A DNA stretch of 49,179 nt from Candidatus Azotimanducaceae bacterium (GCA_047635555.1 JBLIKS010000001.1:1-49179), one strand, 5' to 3'; shown: positions 37,631-48,490, counted from the first letter of the stretch. The notes: generated from the letters alone by a model not told the origin. Numbers and translations: made by a program.

Positions 37631-39946
37631 ATGAAGTCGTGGTGGTTGGTAGCTCCAGTCGTCGTCGTTGCCGTTGCATTGATCGGCCTGGCAGCTTTTG
37701 CCGCCGGGAGCGATCGGTCGACCTACAAGGTCCTCGTCATGTCGATCATCAGTGGGCTCTCGGTCGTCGCCGTGGTGGTGACCTGGCTGGAGGCGCGGCG
37801 GTTTGGTCGACGTCTCCGAATAACAATCGACGAACTGTCCGAGACGCAGGCGCAGATGCGCCAACTGCTCGACAACCTGCCAGATGCCGTGATGGGCCTC
37901 GACGACACTGGCCGCATCGCTTCGGCGAACGGCAGAGCCGCTGAACTGACAGGTCGTTCGGTTGACGACTTGATTGGGCGAGCCTTCATGGAAATGGTCG
38001 GCGAGGCCGACCGCGATTCGATGTCGAAGCAATGGCAGCGGTTCAACGTCGGCGACGAGGTGACCAGTGTGAGCGGAGGGCGTGACGGCATTGTTGTGGT
38101 GTTCGAGCTGGTCGACACGTCGGGCGAGCCTCACCTCGTCGAGGCGTCGCTCCACCTCGCCCAGGACGGGAGAGAAATCGTCAGCCATCGCGCTGTCGGC
38201 AGTCGGGTGCTTCTGCTGCGCGACGTCACTGATCGCAAGCGGGCGACCGCAGCGCTCGAGCAAGCCCGCCGCCGCTTCCAGCAGGCCTTCCATTCCGCAC
38301 CGACCGGGATGGCGCTCGTCCGTTTGGACAACGGCAAGGTCGTCGACGCAAATCAACCGCTCGCCGACATGCTCGACCGGCCTCTCGATTCGCTGCTCGG
38401 TATGGCGATTCGCGCCCTGACGCATCCGGACGACCTGGCAGCAGCGGCATCGCAGCGCGCCCAACTCGAGCTGGGTATCTCCGATACCTACGCACTTGAA
38501 CAGCGGTACAAGCGCAACGACGGCGGTTACGTGTGGGCACGGACACGTGTGTCGATCACCGAAGAAGATGGCGTGTCGTTGGCAATCACACACATCGAGG
38601 ACATCACGGAGGAACGGCATTCGAAGGCCTTGCTGATGCATGCTGCAACCCATGACGACCTGACCGAGCTTTCGAACCGGACGGCGCTGGTGAGTCGCCT
38701 TGACGCTCACCTCCTGTTTGCGCAGCCCGGCCAGGTGGCAGTGCTCTTCATCGACCTCGATAATTTCAAGGTCGTCAACGACAGTCTCGGACACGGCCTC
38801 GGCGATCAGGTGCTGCGCGAGATCGCCAAGCGTTTTCGCGGCGTGATGCGCGGCAGTGACCGGTTGGCACGTTTCGGTGGTGACGAATTCGTGGTGTTCA
38901 TCGACCGCGTGTCGATTGGTGGCGAAGACACGCCGAGTGGAGCGTTCGTTGACCCGGCAGCAATCGCGGAACGCCTGCGGCGTGCGGCGATGGAACCGAT
39001 CGTGATCGAGGGTCACGAGATGGTGGTCACGGCCTCCATCGGTGTTGCCGTGAACGCTGCGCCCGGTTTCACTGCAGACGATCTGGTGCGCGACGCCGAC
39101 GCCGCGATGTATCGCGCCAAGGCCGCAGGGCGTGACCGAGTAGAAGCATTCACTGCGGCAACGCGCCAGGCATCGGTCAGCGCACTGCAACTGGCGTCAG
39201 AGCTGCGGCGCGGTATCGAACGCCACGAGATCGTCCCGTACTTCCAGCCGATCGTCGACCTGGAGTCCGGCGAGCTTGTGAGCTTCGAGGTGCTCGCTCG
39301 CTGGCTCCACCCGGAACGCGGGTTGCTGATGCCCGGTGAATTCCTCCCGACGGCTGAGTCCGGCCGGATGATCGTCGATCTTGGCGCGTCGATTCTGCGT
39401 GATTCGCTCGCGCAGCTCGCGCACTGGCGGGCAAGAGGTATGCGTTTCGCGAACTGTGGTCTTTCGGTCAACGTTGCGACGCAGCAGCTCATTGATCCAG
39501 AGTTCGTCGAGACTGTGCGCGACGCGCTTGGCTCGACGGGGATCGCCGCCGACTCAATTTGGCTCGAGATCACCGAGACGACGCTGATGCAAGACACGGT
39601 CGCTGCCAGCTCAGCGATCCGCGAACTGCGCAGCCTTGGCCTGCACCTGTCGGTCGATGACTTCGGCACCGGCTACTCGTCACTCACGTATTTGAAGCGT
39701 TTCCCGGTGGAAGCAATCAAGGTTGATCGATCGTTCGTCTCCGGCCTCGGCCTCGAAGATGACGACACATCAATCGTCGAAGCAGTCGTCCGCCTGGGGC
39801 ACAGCCTTGGACTGTCGGTCGTTGCCGAAGGTATCGAGACTCCGCTGCAGCTCAACAGGCTGCGCGATCTCGGCTGCGATAAAGCCCAAGGATATCTCTT
39901 TGGACGTCCCCGCCCTGCGTCGATAATTCAGTCCGAACGGGTGTAG
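37631..39946 (+). CDS. Membrane-anchored PAS-PAS-GGDEF-EAL diguanylate cyclase/phosphodiesterase
   Basis: Two N-terminal TMs, two PAS/PAC regions, RGSD I-site plus GGDEF, EVL.RW, DDFGTGYSSL, EGIET, QGYLF. Confidence 0.93.
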   Translation: MKSWWLVAPVVVVAVALIGLAAFAAGSDRSTYKVLVMSIISGLSVVAVVVTWLEARRFGRRLRITIDELSETQAQMRQLLDNLPDAVMGLDDTGRIASANGRAAELTGRSVDDLIGRAFMEMVGEADRDSMSKQWQRFNVGDEVTSVSGGRDGIVVVFELVDTSGEPHLVEASLHLAQDGREIVSHRAVGSRVLLLRDVTDRKRATAALEQARRRFQQAFHSAPTGMALVRLDNGKVVDANQPLADMLDRPLDSLLGMAIRALTHPDDLAAAASQRAQLELGISDTYALEQRYKRNDGGYVWARTRVSITEEDGVSLAITHIEDITEERHSKALLMHAATHDDLTELSNRTALVSRLDAHLLFAQPGQVAVLFIDLDNFKVVNDSLGHGLGDQVLREIAKRFRGVMRGSDRLARFGGDEFVVFIDRVSIGGEDTPSGAFVDPAAIAERLRRAAMEPIVIEGHEMVVTASIGVAVNAAPGFTADDLVRDADAAMYRAKAAGRDRVEAFTAATRQASVSALQLASELRRGIERHEIVPYFQPIVDLESGELVSFEVLARWLHPERGLLMPGEFLPTAESGRMIVDLGASILRDSLAQLAHWRARGMRFANCGLSVNVATQQLIDPEFVETVRDALGSTGIAADSIWLEITETTLMQDTVAASSAIRELRSLGLHLSVDDFGTGYSSLTYLKRFPVEAIKVDRSFVSGLGLEDDDTSIVEAVVRLGHSLGLSVVAEGIETPLQLNRLRDLGCDKAQGYLFGRPRPASIIQSERV

Positions 39947-39948
39947 TC

Positions 39949-39986
39949 ATTGCTCCGGATTGCTCCGGATTACTCCGGATTACTCC
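39949..39986. repeat. About 4 x 10-bp tandem repeat just after a stop codon
   Basis: ATTGCTCCGG twice, ATTACTCCGG, ATTACTCC. Confidence 0.85.
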
Positions 39987-40095
39987 CGTTCCGCCGATCC
40001 GTGTGGGCTGCCTGGATGGCCAACGGGTGACTCCACGTGCGGTGTGACACGCCTACGTGTCGAACGGGTCGATTCTGTTCTGGCAGCATGTCAGG

Positions 40096-41673
40096 ATGCC
40101 GATTGCTCCTGCATATGACTGGGTTGCTCACCACGCGATGGTGAGCCCTGACCGACCGGCCTGGGCCGACATCGACTCCACTGATGACGGGGCTGGGTTG
40201 GTGTGTAACTGGCGGGAGGCCGATGAACGAGTTGGCCGGTCAGCAGCGATGTTGCGCGACGACTTCGGCGTCGGCCGGGGTGATCGCGTGGTGATGTTTT
40301 CGATGAACCGTGTCGAGTTCATCGAAGTGCAGTTCGCCTGTGCTCGGCTCGGCGCGATCTTTGTGCCCGTCAATTGGCGACTCACGGTTCACGAACTCGA
40401 CTACATCGTCAGCGATGCCGCGGCCACCGTGCTCTGTGCTGACCCCGAGTTCGGTGACACCGCTGCCGAACTCGCCGAGCGGACCAATGTGGCGCACCTG
40501 GTCATATTCAGTGGGGCAGGGTCGCATCCCGAGGGGAGTGTCGACTACGACGATGGGCTCGCTGCCGCAGCCAACCGCATCGATATCGACCCTGCAGTGG
40601 CCCCGCTGATGCCCGAGCTCACCCACGACGATCCGTTGACGATCATGTACACCTCGGGCACCACCGGTCGTCCGAAGGGCGCGATCATCACGCACGGCAT
40701 GTCGTTCTGGAACTCGATCAACCTCGCCGAGCTGAGCGATCTCGGCCGTTCGATGGTCAACTTCTGCTTCCTCCCACTGTTCCACACCGGGGGGCTCAAC
40801 TGCTACACCAACCCCGCTGCCTACTTCGGTGGATCAACGTTGATCATGCGCACGTTCGACCCGGGCGAGGCGCTCGACCTGATCAACGATCCGGAACGTG
40901 GCATCACCCACTTTCTCGGCGTGCCCGCGAACTACCTGTTCATGGGACAGCACGAGAAGTTCGCCACCACTGACTTCTCCGGCGTGGTCACCACGGCCAT
41001 CGGCGGTGCACCCTCGGCGCTCCCCCTGCTACAGATGTGGGAGAAGGTTGGCTGCCCGCTCATCCAGGCGTTCGGGATGACCGAAACGAGCCCGATGGTC
41101 ACGTCGATCTCGAAGGAGATGGCGGTCACGAAGGCCGGCTCTGCAGGCCTGCCAGGGATGAACACGGCGATTCGTATCGTCGGCGAAGACGGTGGTGACG
41201 TGGCTCCGGGTGAGATCGGGGAACTGTGGTGCAAGGGGCCAAACATCACGCCGGGCTACTGGAACAATCCCGAGGCAACCGCCGATGCAATCACGGATGG
41301 CTGGTTACACACGGGCGACGCGGCGCAGATGGATAAGGACGGCTACATGTACATCGTCGACCGATGGAAGGACATGTACATCTCCGGTGGCGAAAACGTT
41401 TATCCGTCGGAGGTCGAGTCGACGCTGTTCGATCTTGCGGGAGTCGCCGACGTCGCAGTGATCGGGCTACCTGACGAAAAGTGGGGTGAGGTCGGCCAGG
41501 CAGTCATCGTGAAGTCGGCGGATTCCGCGGGTTCAGTTTTGGACGAAACCGCAATCTTAAACTTCTGCCGCGAACGCCTCGCACGGTTCAAGGTGCCGCA
41601 GTCCGTTCGATTCATCGACGAATTGCCGCGCAATGCCACGGGAAAGATTCTCAAACGCGAACTGCGCGACTGA
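40096..41673 (+). CDS. Acyl-CoA synthetase (AMP-forming, long-chain fatty acid/aromatic acid CoA ligase family)
   Basis: YTSGTTGRPKG, FGMTET, GWLHTGD, SGGENVYP, LPRNATGK. Confidence 0.92.
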   Translation: MPIAPAYDWVAHHAMVSPDRPAWADIDSTDDGAGLVCNWREADERVGRSAAMLRDDFGVGRGDRVVMFSMNRVEFIEVQFACARLGAIFVPVNWRLTVHELDYIVSDAAATVLCADPEFGDTAAELAERTNVAHLVIFSGAGSHPEGSVDYDDGLAAAANRIDIDPAVAPLMPELTHDDPLTIMYTSGTTGRPKGAIITHGMSFWNSINLAELSDLGRSMVNFCFLPLFHTGGLNCYTNPAAYFGGSTLIMRTFDPGEALDLINDPERGITHFLGVPANYLFMGQHEKFATTDFSGVVTTAIGGAPSALPLLQMWEKVGCPLIQAFGMTETSPMVTSISKEMAVTKAGSAGLPGMNTAIRIVGEDGGDVAPGEIGELWCKGPNITPGYWNNPEATADAITDGWLHTGDAAQMDKDGYMYIVDRWKDMYISGGENVYPSEVESTLFDLAGVADVAVIGLPDEKWGEVGQAVIVKSADSAGSVLDETAILNFCRERLARFKVPQSVRFIDELPRNATGKILKRELRD

Positions 41674-41677
41674 ACTG

Positions 41678-42871
41678 TCAGGTTTGGGTTCCGACCTTCA
41701 GGTCGCGGAACGCCACGCCTTTGTCGACAGCAGGTTCACGTGGCAGGCCGAGGACGCGATCGCCGATGATATTGCGTTGAATCTCGTCGGTCCCGCCAGC
41801 GATGCCCGAAGCGAAACTGCGCAGAGTCAGGCTCTGCGCGCTGCCACCGTGCGGATCATCGTCGGCCCAGGCGACCGACGACATGCCGGCGATCTGGAGT
41901 GCGATCTCACGCATCCTCCACGCAATCACCGACCCATACAATTTGCCGAGCGAGCCGCCGGGGCCCGGCGTGTTGCCCGCCTTCATCTCGGCGCGGGTGC
42001 GCATGGCGATGAGTGCTTTGGTGGTCTCCATCGAATACACCTGCATCATCTGATCGCGGACGACTGGGTTGTCGATCGCTCCTGACGCCGTCGCGTAGTT
42101 GTGGAGTTGGTCGTACATCGGCCGGTTGATACCGCCGCCGCCACCCGCACCGATCGCCACACGTTCGTACATCAGCATCGCGGTGGCGAGCTTCCAGCCG
42201 GTGTTCAGTTCGCCGAGCAGCCAGTTTTTAGGAATGGCCAGATCGGTGAAGAACACCTCGTTGAAATGTGACTCGCCGTTGATCTGGTTGATTGGACGGA
42301 TTTCGACGCCGGGTGCCTGCATGTCGAGGATGAACATCGATAGGCCCGCATGCTTGACCTGATCTGCGTCGTTTCGTGCCACACACAATCCGTACTGCGA
42401 TTTGTGCGCCAAGGTGGTCCAGACTTTCTGGCCGTTGATGATCCACTCGTCGCCGTCGAGTTCGGCTTTGGTCTGCAGTGATGCGACGTCCGAGCCGGCG
42501 CCGGGCTCAGAGAACATTTGGCACCACAGCGTTTTGCCGGAGATCAGATCAGGCATGAACTGGCGCTTCTGATCGTCGGTGCCATGGTCGTTCATCATCG
42601 GCAGACACATGCCGTGGCTGATGACAAACTCGCTTTCCATCATCGGATAATTTTCTTTGACCTCGCGCCACACTTTGTCGTGGGCATTGGTTAATCCCGC
42701 CCCGCCGAACTCGGTGGGGTACGGGACGCCTGCGCCGACGCCTGCCGCCGAAGCTGCAGCGTGGAACGCGCACGACTCGTTGAACGTCGGCGCACCCGAC
42801 GGCGTCGGGCGCGACTCCATGAAGTCGATGCACTGTTGACGGAAGTCGTTCAGTTCGTCCATTACGTCCAT
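41678..42871 (-). CDS. Acyl-CoA dehydrogenase family protein
   Basis: WCQMFSEPGAGSD, INGQKVWTT, FNEVFF, IAGGTDEIQRNII. Confidence 0.93.
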   Translation of the reverse strand: MDVMDELNDFRQQCIDFMESRPTPSGAPTFNESCAFHAAASAAGVGAGVPYPTEFGGAGLTNAHDKVWREVKENYPMMESEFVISHGMCLPMMNDHGTDDQKRQFMPDLISGKTLWCQMFSEPGAGSDVASLQTKAELDGDEWIINGQKVWTTLAHKSQYGLCVARNDADQVKHAGLSMFILDMQAPGVEIRPINQINGESHFNEVFFTDLAIPKNWLLGELNTGWKLATAMLMYERVAIGAGGGGGINRPMYDQLHNYATASGAIDNPVVRDQMMQVYSMETTKALIAMRTRAEMKAGNTPGPGGSLGKLYGSVIAWRMREIALQIAGMSSVAWADDDPHGGSAQSLTLRSFASGIAGGTDEIQRNIIGDRVLGLPREPAVDKGVAFRDLKVGTQT

Positions 42872-42967
42872 TACGTCACCGTAGGAACCGCGCGCTCAGC
42901 TCAGCGAGCCGGGCGGGTTGGGACGGGAGGGTGAGACGGCTTGGTGGAAGGGTGTGACGGGTGACGG

Positions 42968-43927
42968 TCAGATCGTTCGGTCGCTCAGCGTGCTCGTGCC
43001 AGTCGACGGCGCATGACGCTTCGGGCCGATGAGCCGGGCGCCGAGATGATCGGCAACCGTCACGGAGCGGTATTTGCTGTCGGCTCGCTGGAACGCAGGG
43101 AGGGGTTCGACCGCCACATCGAGGTCGGGGTAGTGGAAATACGCGACTGATCGGCGGAGCACCGGGTCGGTGCCGTTGCCATGGAGGGGCACTCGATGCA
43201 CCGTGGACGGCCAGGCATCGTCGGTCCACATTGCGAGCAAATCGCCGACGTTCAGCAGTAACGCATCGGCGTCGGGGACGATTGGCTTCCAGCCGTCGGA
43301 TCCGAGGATCTCGAGGCCGGGCACCGGGTCGGCCCGCAGGATCGTGAAGGTGGTGTAGTCGCTGTGTGCGCCCATCCGCTTCTGGCCCGGCGCAGGTGCT
43401 GCCTCGTCGTCGAGCCGTTCATAGCGGATGCAGGCCATGGTGTCGGGCCCGGCCGTTGACCGACCAGCTAGGTCGTCGATGCCGATGATGGCGCCGATCA
43501 TTTGATCGAGCCGTCGAGCGAGGTCGGCCATCGCATCGAGGTATCTCCGGGTTGCTGGGGCGAACGTTGGGGCTTCTGTTGGCCAGGGTGTTGCTTGGAT
43601 CAACCGATGTGTTCCTGCCCGGTCGTCGTGACCCGAGTTGAACGACTCGAACAGGTCGGGCGGGCTGGCCGCCCCGAGCGAGTACGACAGGGCCTCGCTG
43701 CCGCGTTGGCGGTAGCCGCGATTCGCTGCGGCATCGTCGACCACATACTTCGCCTTGGTGGGGAATGGCAGAGCGAAGAACTCTTCCATCCCGGCCCACA
43801 GCGAGTTGGCGACGTCGGTCGCCAGACCATGCCCGACCAACTGGACGAAGCCGTCTTTGCGGAGCGCCCGATCGAGCGCTCCGGGTGCGTCTTGGTCGGT
43901 CAGGTCCACGGTGTCGATCGTTGCCAC
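42968..43927 (-). CDS. 2-oxoglutarate/Fe(II) oxygenase, isopenicillin N synthase-like
   Basis: GF.QLVGHG, HSD...H facial triad (AHSDY, STVHRV), RRS. Start set at GTG 43927 after GAGGG. Confidence 0.88.
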   Translation of the reverse strand: MATIDTVDLTDQDAPGALDRALRKDGFVQLVGHGLATDVANSLWAGMEEFFALPFPTKAKYVVDDAAANRGYRQRGSEALSYSLGAASPPDLFESFNSGHDDRAGTHRLIQATPWPTEAPTFAPATRRYLDAMADLARRLDQMIGAIIGIDDLAGRSTAGPDTMACIRYERLDDEAAPAPGQKRMGAHSDYTTFTILRADPVPGLEILGSDGWKPIVPDADALLLNVGDLLAMWTDDAWPSTVHRVPLHGNGTDPVLRRSVAYFHYPDLDVAVEPLPAFQRADSKYRSVTVADHLGARLIGPKRHAPSTGTSTLSDRTI

Positions 43928-44062
43928 GCCCTCACTCTGGTCCACCCCGGGGCCGCTGACCGAACTCACCCGTCGGTGCACTCGCCCGAAATGTGGACTG
44001 AAACGCCGCATCAGCGATGCGAGATGGTCTCCATTTCGGGTGGTCTGAGCGATGATGGGGCC

Positions 44063-44929
44063 ATGAGTGACCCGAGCAATGCTGCGCCGAAGATTAAAGA
44101 CGTCGACTTTGGCGACCTGCTGTACTTGGAGCCACACGGCCCGGACACATACGTCGGGATCGTGGCGCGCTATCCCTGGGGCAACCGACTCTTTGGCGGC
44201 CAAGTCGTTGCGCAGGCGCTCGCTGCGGCAATCGCAACGGTCGAACCCGATCGTCGCCCGCACTCGCTGCATTCGTACTTCATCCGCCCGGGGTCGACGA
44301 CCGAACCGATTCGTTTCGAGGTGGAACGGCTTCGTGATGGCCGATCGTTCTGCACCCGCCAGGTCATTGCGCGGCAATCTGGTGGGGCAATCCTCAACGT
44401 GTCGGTGTCGTTCCAGGTCGACGAAGAGGAAGCTGACGCGCAGATCGCCAAGTTGCCCGATGGGCTCGCGCTCCCTGACGATCCAACCCTGGAGAACTAC
44501 TCGTGGGGCAACCTCATCGATCGGCGTGCTGTTGATCTTCCGGGCCAGGATGGCGAGCCCTGGAGGCTTGGCTATTGGTTGCGGATTATGGACGAAGACG
44601 GCGCGCTCCTCGGCGATGATCCGGTCAAGCACACCCTCGCAATGGCGTTCCTCTCAGACGCGGCACCGTCACGTGCGGCACGATCGCCGCACCCAGACTT
44701 TGCCAATGACACGAGCGATCGCTTCAAGTTCCAGGGCGCGAGTCTCGATCACTCGGTGTGGTTCCACCGACCGTGTCGAGCCGATCAGTGGCACTGGTTC
44801 GACACTCGTTCACACGGCCTGAGCGGTGGGCGTGGTCTTGTCACCGGCGACGTCTTGAACCTTGACGGCACGCATGTTGCGACGATCGCCCAGGAAGTCT
44901 TGCTCCGTCGTATTCGCGATCGTGGCTGA
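44063..44929 (+). CDS. tesB: Acyl-CoA thioesterase II
   Basis: FGGQVVAQAL, HSLHSYF, RDGRSF, ASLDHSVWFHRP, QEVL.R. Confidence 0.88.
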   Translation: MSDPSNAAPKIKDVDFGDLLYLEPHGPDTYVGIVARYPWGNRLFGGQVVAQALAAAIATVEPDRRPHSLHSYFIRPGSTTEPIRFEVERLRDGRSFCTRQVIARQSGGAILNVSVSFQVDEEEADAQIAKLPDGLALPDDPTLENYSWGNLIDRRAVDLPGQDGEPWRLGYWLRIMDEDGALLGDDPVKHTLAMAFLSDAAPSRAARSPHPDFANDTSDRFKFQGASLDHSVWFHRPCRADQWHWFDTRSHGLSGGRGLVTGDVLNLDGTHVATIAQEVLLRRIRDRG

Positions 44930-45090
44930 TCGTGCCGTCACTGATCAACGTCAACACCGTCTGGCTGAGCGTTGTCATGTCACGTGCGCTGGCGGCGCAC
45001 CGAAGCGGGTTTGCCCGATGAGTTTCGACGGACACGTGTGTTGGTGGAGGCTGCGTTGCGTTTCTTGGTCGGGCGCTACGGTTCTGGACG

Positions 45091-45573
45091 ATGCGAATTT
45101 CAGAGCGAGTCGATAATGCGGTGCGATTCATGGCCGAGCTCGCTTCGGGCGAACTCGCCGACGTTGAGGGTGGCGCAGTCAAGGCTGAGGCGATCGCGAC
45201 GCGCCAGAGGATCTCGCTCAAGTATCTCCTCGATATCACGCGTGACTTGAAACGTGCCGAGCTGATTCGGTCGAAGCGCGGGCCGACCGGCGGTTTCACG
45301 CTGTCGCGGGAGGCAAGTGCCATCTCGCTTGCCGACGTGTTCCGCGCAGTCGACGGCCCGCTGGCTGATGTGCACGACGAGAGCCTCCGTGGGCTCAGCT
45401 ATCCGGCACCTGCTGAGGCGCTGCCCGAAGTGTGGATGGCAATCCGCGGCAGCTTACGTCGCGTACTCGAAGAGGTCAGCCTCACCGACCTTGTCAACGG
45501 CAGCCTCCCGGCCGATGTCGTCGCGCTTGCCGCCGATTATTTAACGAGCACGGACCAGCGCCACCCGCGCTGA
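45091..45573 (+). CDS. Rrf2 family transcriptional regulator (cysteine-free)
   Basis: MRIS..VD.AVR, S.RG..GGF.L, ISLADV.RAVDG. Confidence 0.9.
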   Translation: MRISERVDNAVRFMAELASGELADVEGGAVKAEAIATRQRISLKYLLDITRDLKRAELIRSKRGPTGGFTLSREASAISLADVFRAVDGPLADVHDESLRGLSYPAPAEALPEVWMAIRGSLRRVLEEVSLTDLVNGSLPADVVALAADYLTSTDQRHPR

Positions 45574-45605
45574 GCAGCAACGGGGGGTTGCATTGCAGGT
45601 TTCTG

Positions 45606-45634
45606 TTGCATCGCAGGGTTCTGCGGTTTAATGT
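45606..45634 (+). promoter_or_regulatory. Housekeeping-sigma promoter for leaderless cysD
   Basis: TTGCAT-N17-TAATGT, then 7 nt to GTG 45642. Confidence 0.6.
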
Positions 45635-45641
45635 ATTGTCC

Positions 45642-46556
45642 GTGGAGTTAGTAGAGAATCAATTAACACATTTGCAGCGGCTCGAAGCCGAGGCGATACA
45701 CATCATGCGCGAGGCGGTGTCCGAAAGCGACAACCCAGCGATGCTGTATTCGGTCGGCAAGGACAGCTCAGTCATGCTGCACCTCGCGATGAAGGCCTTT
45801 TACCCTTCGAAGCCGCCGTTCCCGCTCGTCCACGTGGACACGACGTGGAAGTTCGGCGAGATGTACGCCTTCCGCGATCAGACGGCCAAGGACCTCGGTG
45901 TCGATCTGATCGTCCACCAGAACCCCGAGTGCATCGAACGCGGTATCAACCCGTTCGAACACGGTTCCGCAATGCACACCGACATGTGGAAGACCGATGG
46001 CCTGAAACAGGCCATCAACATGAACAAGTTCGACCTGTGCTTTGGTGGAGCGCGGCGCGACGAAGAGAAGTCGCGGGCCAAAGAGCGCATGTTTTCGGTT
46101 CGCTCACCGCAGCATCAGTGGGATCCGAAGCGCCAACGCCCCGAGCTCTGGAGCCTGTACAACGCTCGTCGAAGCGCGGGCGAGACGCTCCGCGTGTTCC
46201 CGATCTCGAACTGGACCGAACTGGACGTGTGGCAATACGTCCACCTCGAGCAGATTCCGATTGTGCCGCTGTACTACGCGGCGCCTCGGCCGGTCGTGCA
46301 CCGCGGTGGCACGTTGATCATGATCGACGACGATCGCTTCCAGTTTGAGCCGGGCGAAGAGCCTGAGATCAAGAACGTGCGGTTCCGTACCCTCGGGTGC
46401 TACCCGCTGTCGGGTGCCATCGAGAGCGACGCTGACAGCCTCACCGGCATCATCCAGGAGATGCTGCTCGCCACCACGTCCGAGCGCGAGGGCCGGTTGA
46501 TCGACAGCGACTCCGCTGGCTCGATGGAGAAGAAGAAGCAAGAGGGGTATTTCTAA
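45642..46556 (+). CDS. cysD: Sulfate adenylyltransferase subunit 2
   Basis: [50 protein letters not shown]. Confidence 0.95.
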   Translation: MELVENQLTHLQRLEAEAIHIMREAVSESDNPAMLYSVGKDSSVMLHLAMKAFYPSKPPFPLVHVDTTWKFGEMYAFRDQTAKDLGVDLIVHQNPECIERGINPFEHGSAMHTDMWKTDGLKQAINMNKFDLCFGGARRDEEKSRAKERMFSVRSPQHQWDPKRQRPELWSLYNARRSAGETLRVFPISNWTELDVWQYVHLEQIPIVPLYYAAPRPVVHRGGTLIMIDDDRFQFEPGEEPEIKNVRFRTLGCYPLSGAIESDADSLTGIIQEMLLATTSEREGRLIDSDSAGSMEKKKQEGYF

Positions 46557-48457
46557 TGGCACACGTTTCTGATTTGATCGCGGTCGACATCGACGAGTAC
46601 TTGACGTCGCATCAGTACAAATCGCTCCTGCGCTTCATCACGTGCGGCAGCGTTGACGACGGCAAGAGCACGCTGATCGGGCGATTGCTGTACGAGTCAC
46701 ACATGGTGTTTGAAGATCACCTGGCTCAGCTTGAGGTCGATTCGGCCAAGGTTGGTACGCAGGGCACCGATCTCGACTTTGCTTTGCTGCTTGACGGCTT
46801 GACGGCTGAACGCGAGCAAGGCATCACGATCGACGTCGCGTACCGATTCTTCTCAACGGAGAAGCGCAAATTCATTGTGGCCGATACGCCGGGGCACGAG
46901 CAGTACACGCGCAACATGGTCACCGGGGCGTCGACTGCTGACGTTGCGGTCGTGATGGTCGATGCCCGAAAGGGCGTGCTCACCCAGACCCGTCGACACA
47001 GTTATCTCGTGTCGCTGCTGGGGATCAAAGAGGTTGTCGTCGCCATCAACAAGATGGATCTCGTCGACTACTCGCAAGAGATCTACGAGGCGATCATTAC
47101 CGAGTACACCGACTTCGCCCGCCAGATCGGCCTGAAGAGTGTCAACTACATTCCAGTTTCAGCGCTGAAGGGCGACAACATCGTCGCGCCGAGCGAGAAC
47201 CTTCCCTGGTACGACGGTCCCACGCTGATGACGTACCTCGAAGAGGTTCCCGTCGATGATGACGTTGCAGCGGGGCCCTTCCGCATGCCCGTTCAGTGGG
47301 TCAATCGCCCCAACCTCGACTTCCGGGGCTTCGCTGGCCGGATTGTCGGCGGTTCCATCAGGCCAGGGGACGCGGTCCGGGTGCTGCCCGCCGGTACGAC
47401 GAGCACCGTCGACCGCATTGTCACGATGGACGGCGACCTCGATGTCGCCGTCGCTGGCCAGTCAGTCACCATCACCCTCGCCGACGAGATCGACGTCAGC
47501 CGCGGCGACCTCATGTGTTTGGCTGATCAGCCAGCTGAAGTAGCCGACCAGTTCGAGGCACACGTCGTGTGGATGCACGAAGACGAGATGTTGCCCGGCC
47601 GTCCCTACCTGATGAAGATCGGCACCCGCACCGTCGGCGTGACTCTCGCGAATCCGAAGTTTCGGGTCGACGTCAACTCGCTGGAACACCTCGCTGCCAA
47701 CACGCTCGAACTCAACGAGATCGGTGTGTGCAACCTCAGCCTCGACCGGCCGGTTCCGTTTGACCCGTATGCGAACAACCGTGAGATGGGCTCGTTCATC
47801 ATCATCGATAAGCGCAGCCAGGCCACTGTGGGCGCTGGCATGTTGCACTTCGCACTTCGGCGCAGCCACAACATCCACTGGCAGGACGTTCGCGTTGACA
47901 AGGCAGCCCGTGCTGATCAGAACAACCATCAGCCGGGCGTCGTCTGGTTGACCGGCCTTTCAGGCTCCGGCAAGTCGACCATTGCGAACATCGTCGAATC
48001 GAAGCTCCACACGCTCGGCGTGCGGACGTATCTGCTCGATGGTGACAACGTTCGCCACGGACTCAACCGCGACCTCGGCTTCACCGATGCAGATCGCGTG
48101 GAGAACATTCGGCGGATCGCTGAGGTGTCGGCTCTGATGGTCGACGCGGGTCTTTTGGTCCTCGTGTCGTTTATCTCGCCATTCCGCGCCGAACGCCGCT
48201 TGGCCCGCGAGCGAGTTGAAGTGGGCGAGTTCGTCGAGGTCTACGTCGACACGCCGCTCGCTGTTGCCGAAACGCGGGACCCGAAGGGCCTGTACGCCAA
48301 GGCTCGTGCCGGTGAATTGGCAAACTTCACCGGGATCGACTCGCCCTATGAAGCGCCGGAGTCACCGGAGGTTCATGTCGACACCACGGCACTGTCCGCG
48401 GAAGAAGCAGCTGATCAGGTCATCGCAGCGCTTCGTGCGAACGGCTTGGTCAGCTGA
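46556..48457 (+). CDS. cysNC: Bifunctional sulfate adenylyltransferase subunit 1 / APS kinase (NodQ-like)
   Basis: GTPase motifs [14 protein letters not shown] and NKMD, plus APS kinase motifs [19 protein letters not shown] and RDPKGLY. Confidence 0.95.
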   Translation: MAHVSDLIAVDIDEYLTSHQYKSLLRFITCGSVDDGKSTLIGRLLYESHMVFEDHLAQLEVDSAKVGTQGTDLDFALLLDGLTAEREQGITIDVAYRFFSTEKRKFIVADTPGHEQYTRNMVTGASTADVAVVMVDARKGVLTQTRRHSYLVSLLGIKEVVVAINKMDLVDYSQEIYEAIITEYTDFARQIGLKSVNYIPVSALKGDNIVAPSENLPWYDGPTLMTYLEEVPVDDDVAAGPFRMPVQWVNRPNLDFRGFAGRIVGGSIRPGDAVRVLPAGTTSTVDRIVTMDGDLDVAVAGQSVTITLADEIDVSRGDLMCLADQPAEVADQFEAHVVWMHEDEMLPGRPYLMKIGTRTVGVTLANPKFRVDVNSLEHLAANTLELNEIGVCNLSLDRPVPFDPYANNREMGSFIIIDKRSQATVGAGMLHFALRRSHNIHWQDVRVDKAARADQNNHQPGVVWLTGLSGSGKSTIANIVESKLHTLGVRTYLLDGDNVRHGLNRDLGFTDADRVENIRRIAEVSALMVDAGLLVLVSFISPFRAERRLARERVEVGEFVEVYVDTPLAVAETRDPKGLYAKARAGELANFTGIDSPYEAPESPEVHVDTTALSAEEAADQVIAALRANGLVS

Positions 48458-48490
48458 CCTCAGGCCTCGATACTTCAACGAAGGAACTGA

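Noticed and set aside
37439-39190. 583-aa antisense ORF, and similar long antisense ORFs at 577-1842, 4401-5522, 10776-12038 and 12326-13891
   Set aside because: They lie opposite well-supported genes and have no recognisable motifs; typical shadow ORFs of high-GC codon usage.
43928-44632. N-terminal extension of the 554-aa ORF, suggesting a fusion to the 2OG oxygenase
   Set aside because: The extension is antisense to tesB; the oxygenase fold starts near GTG 43927.
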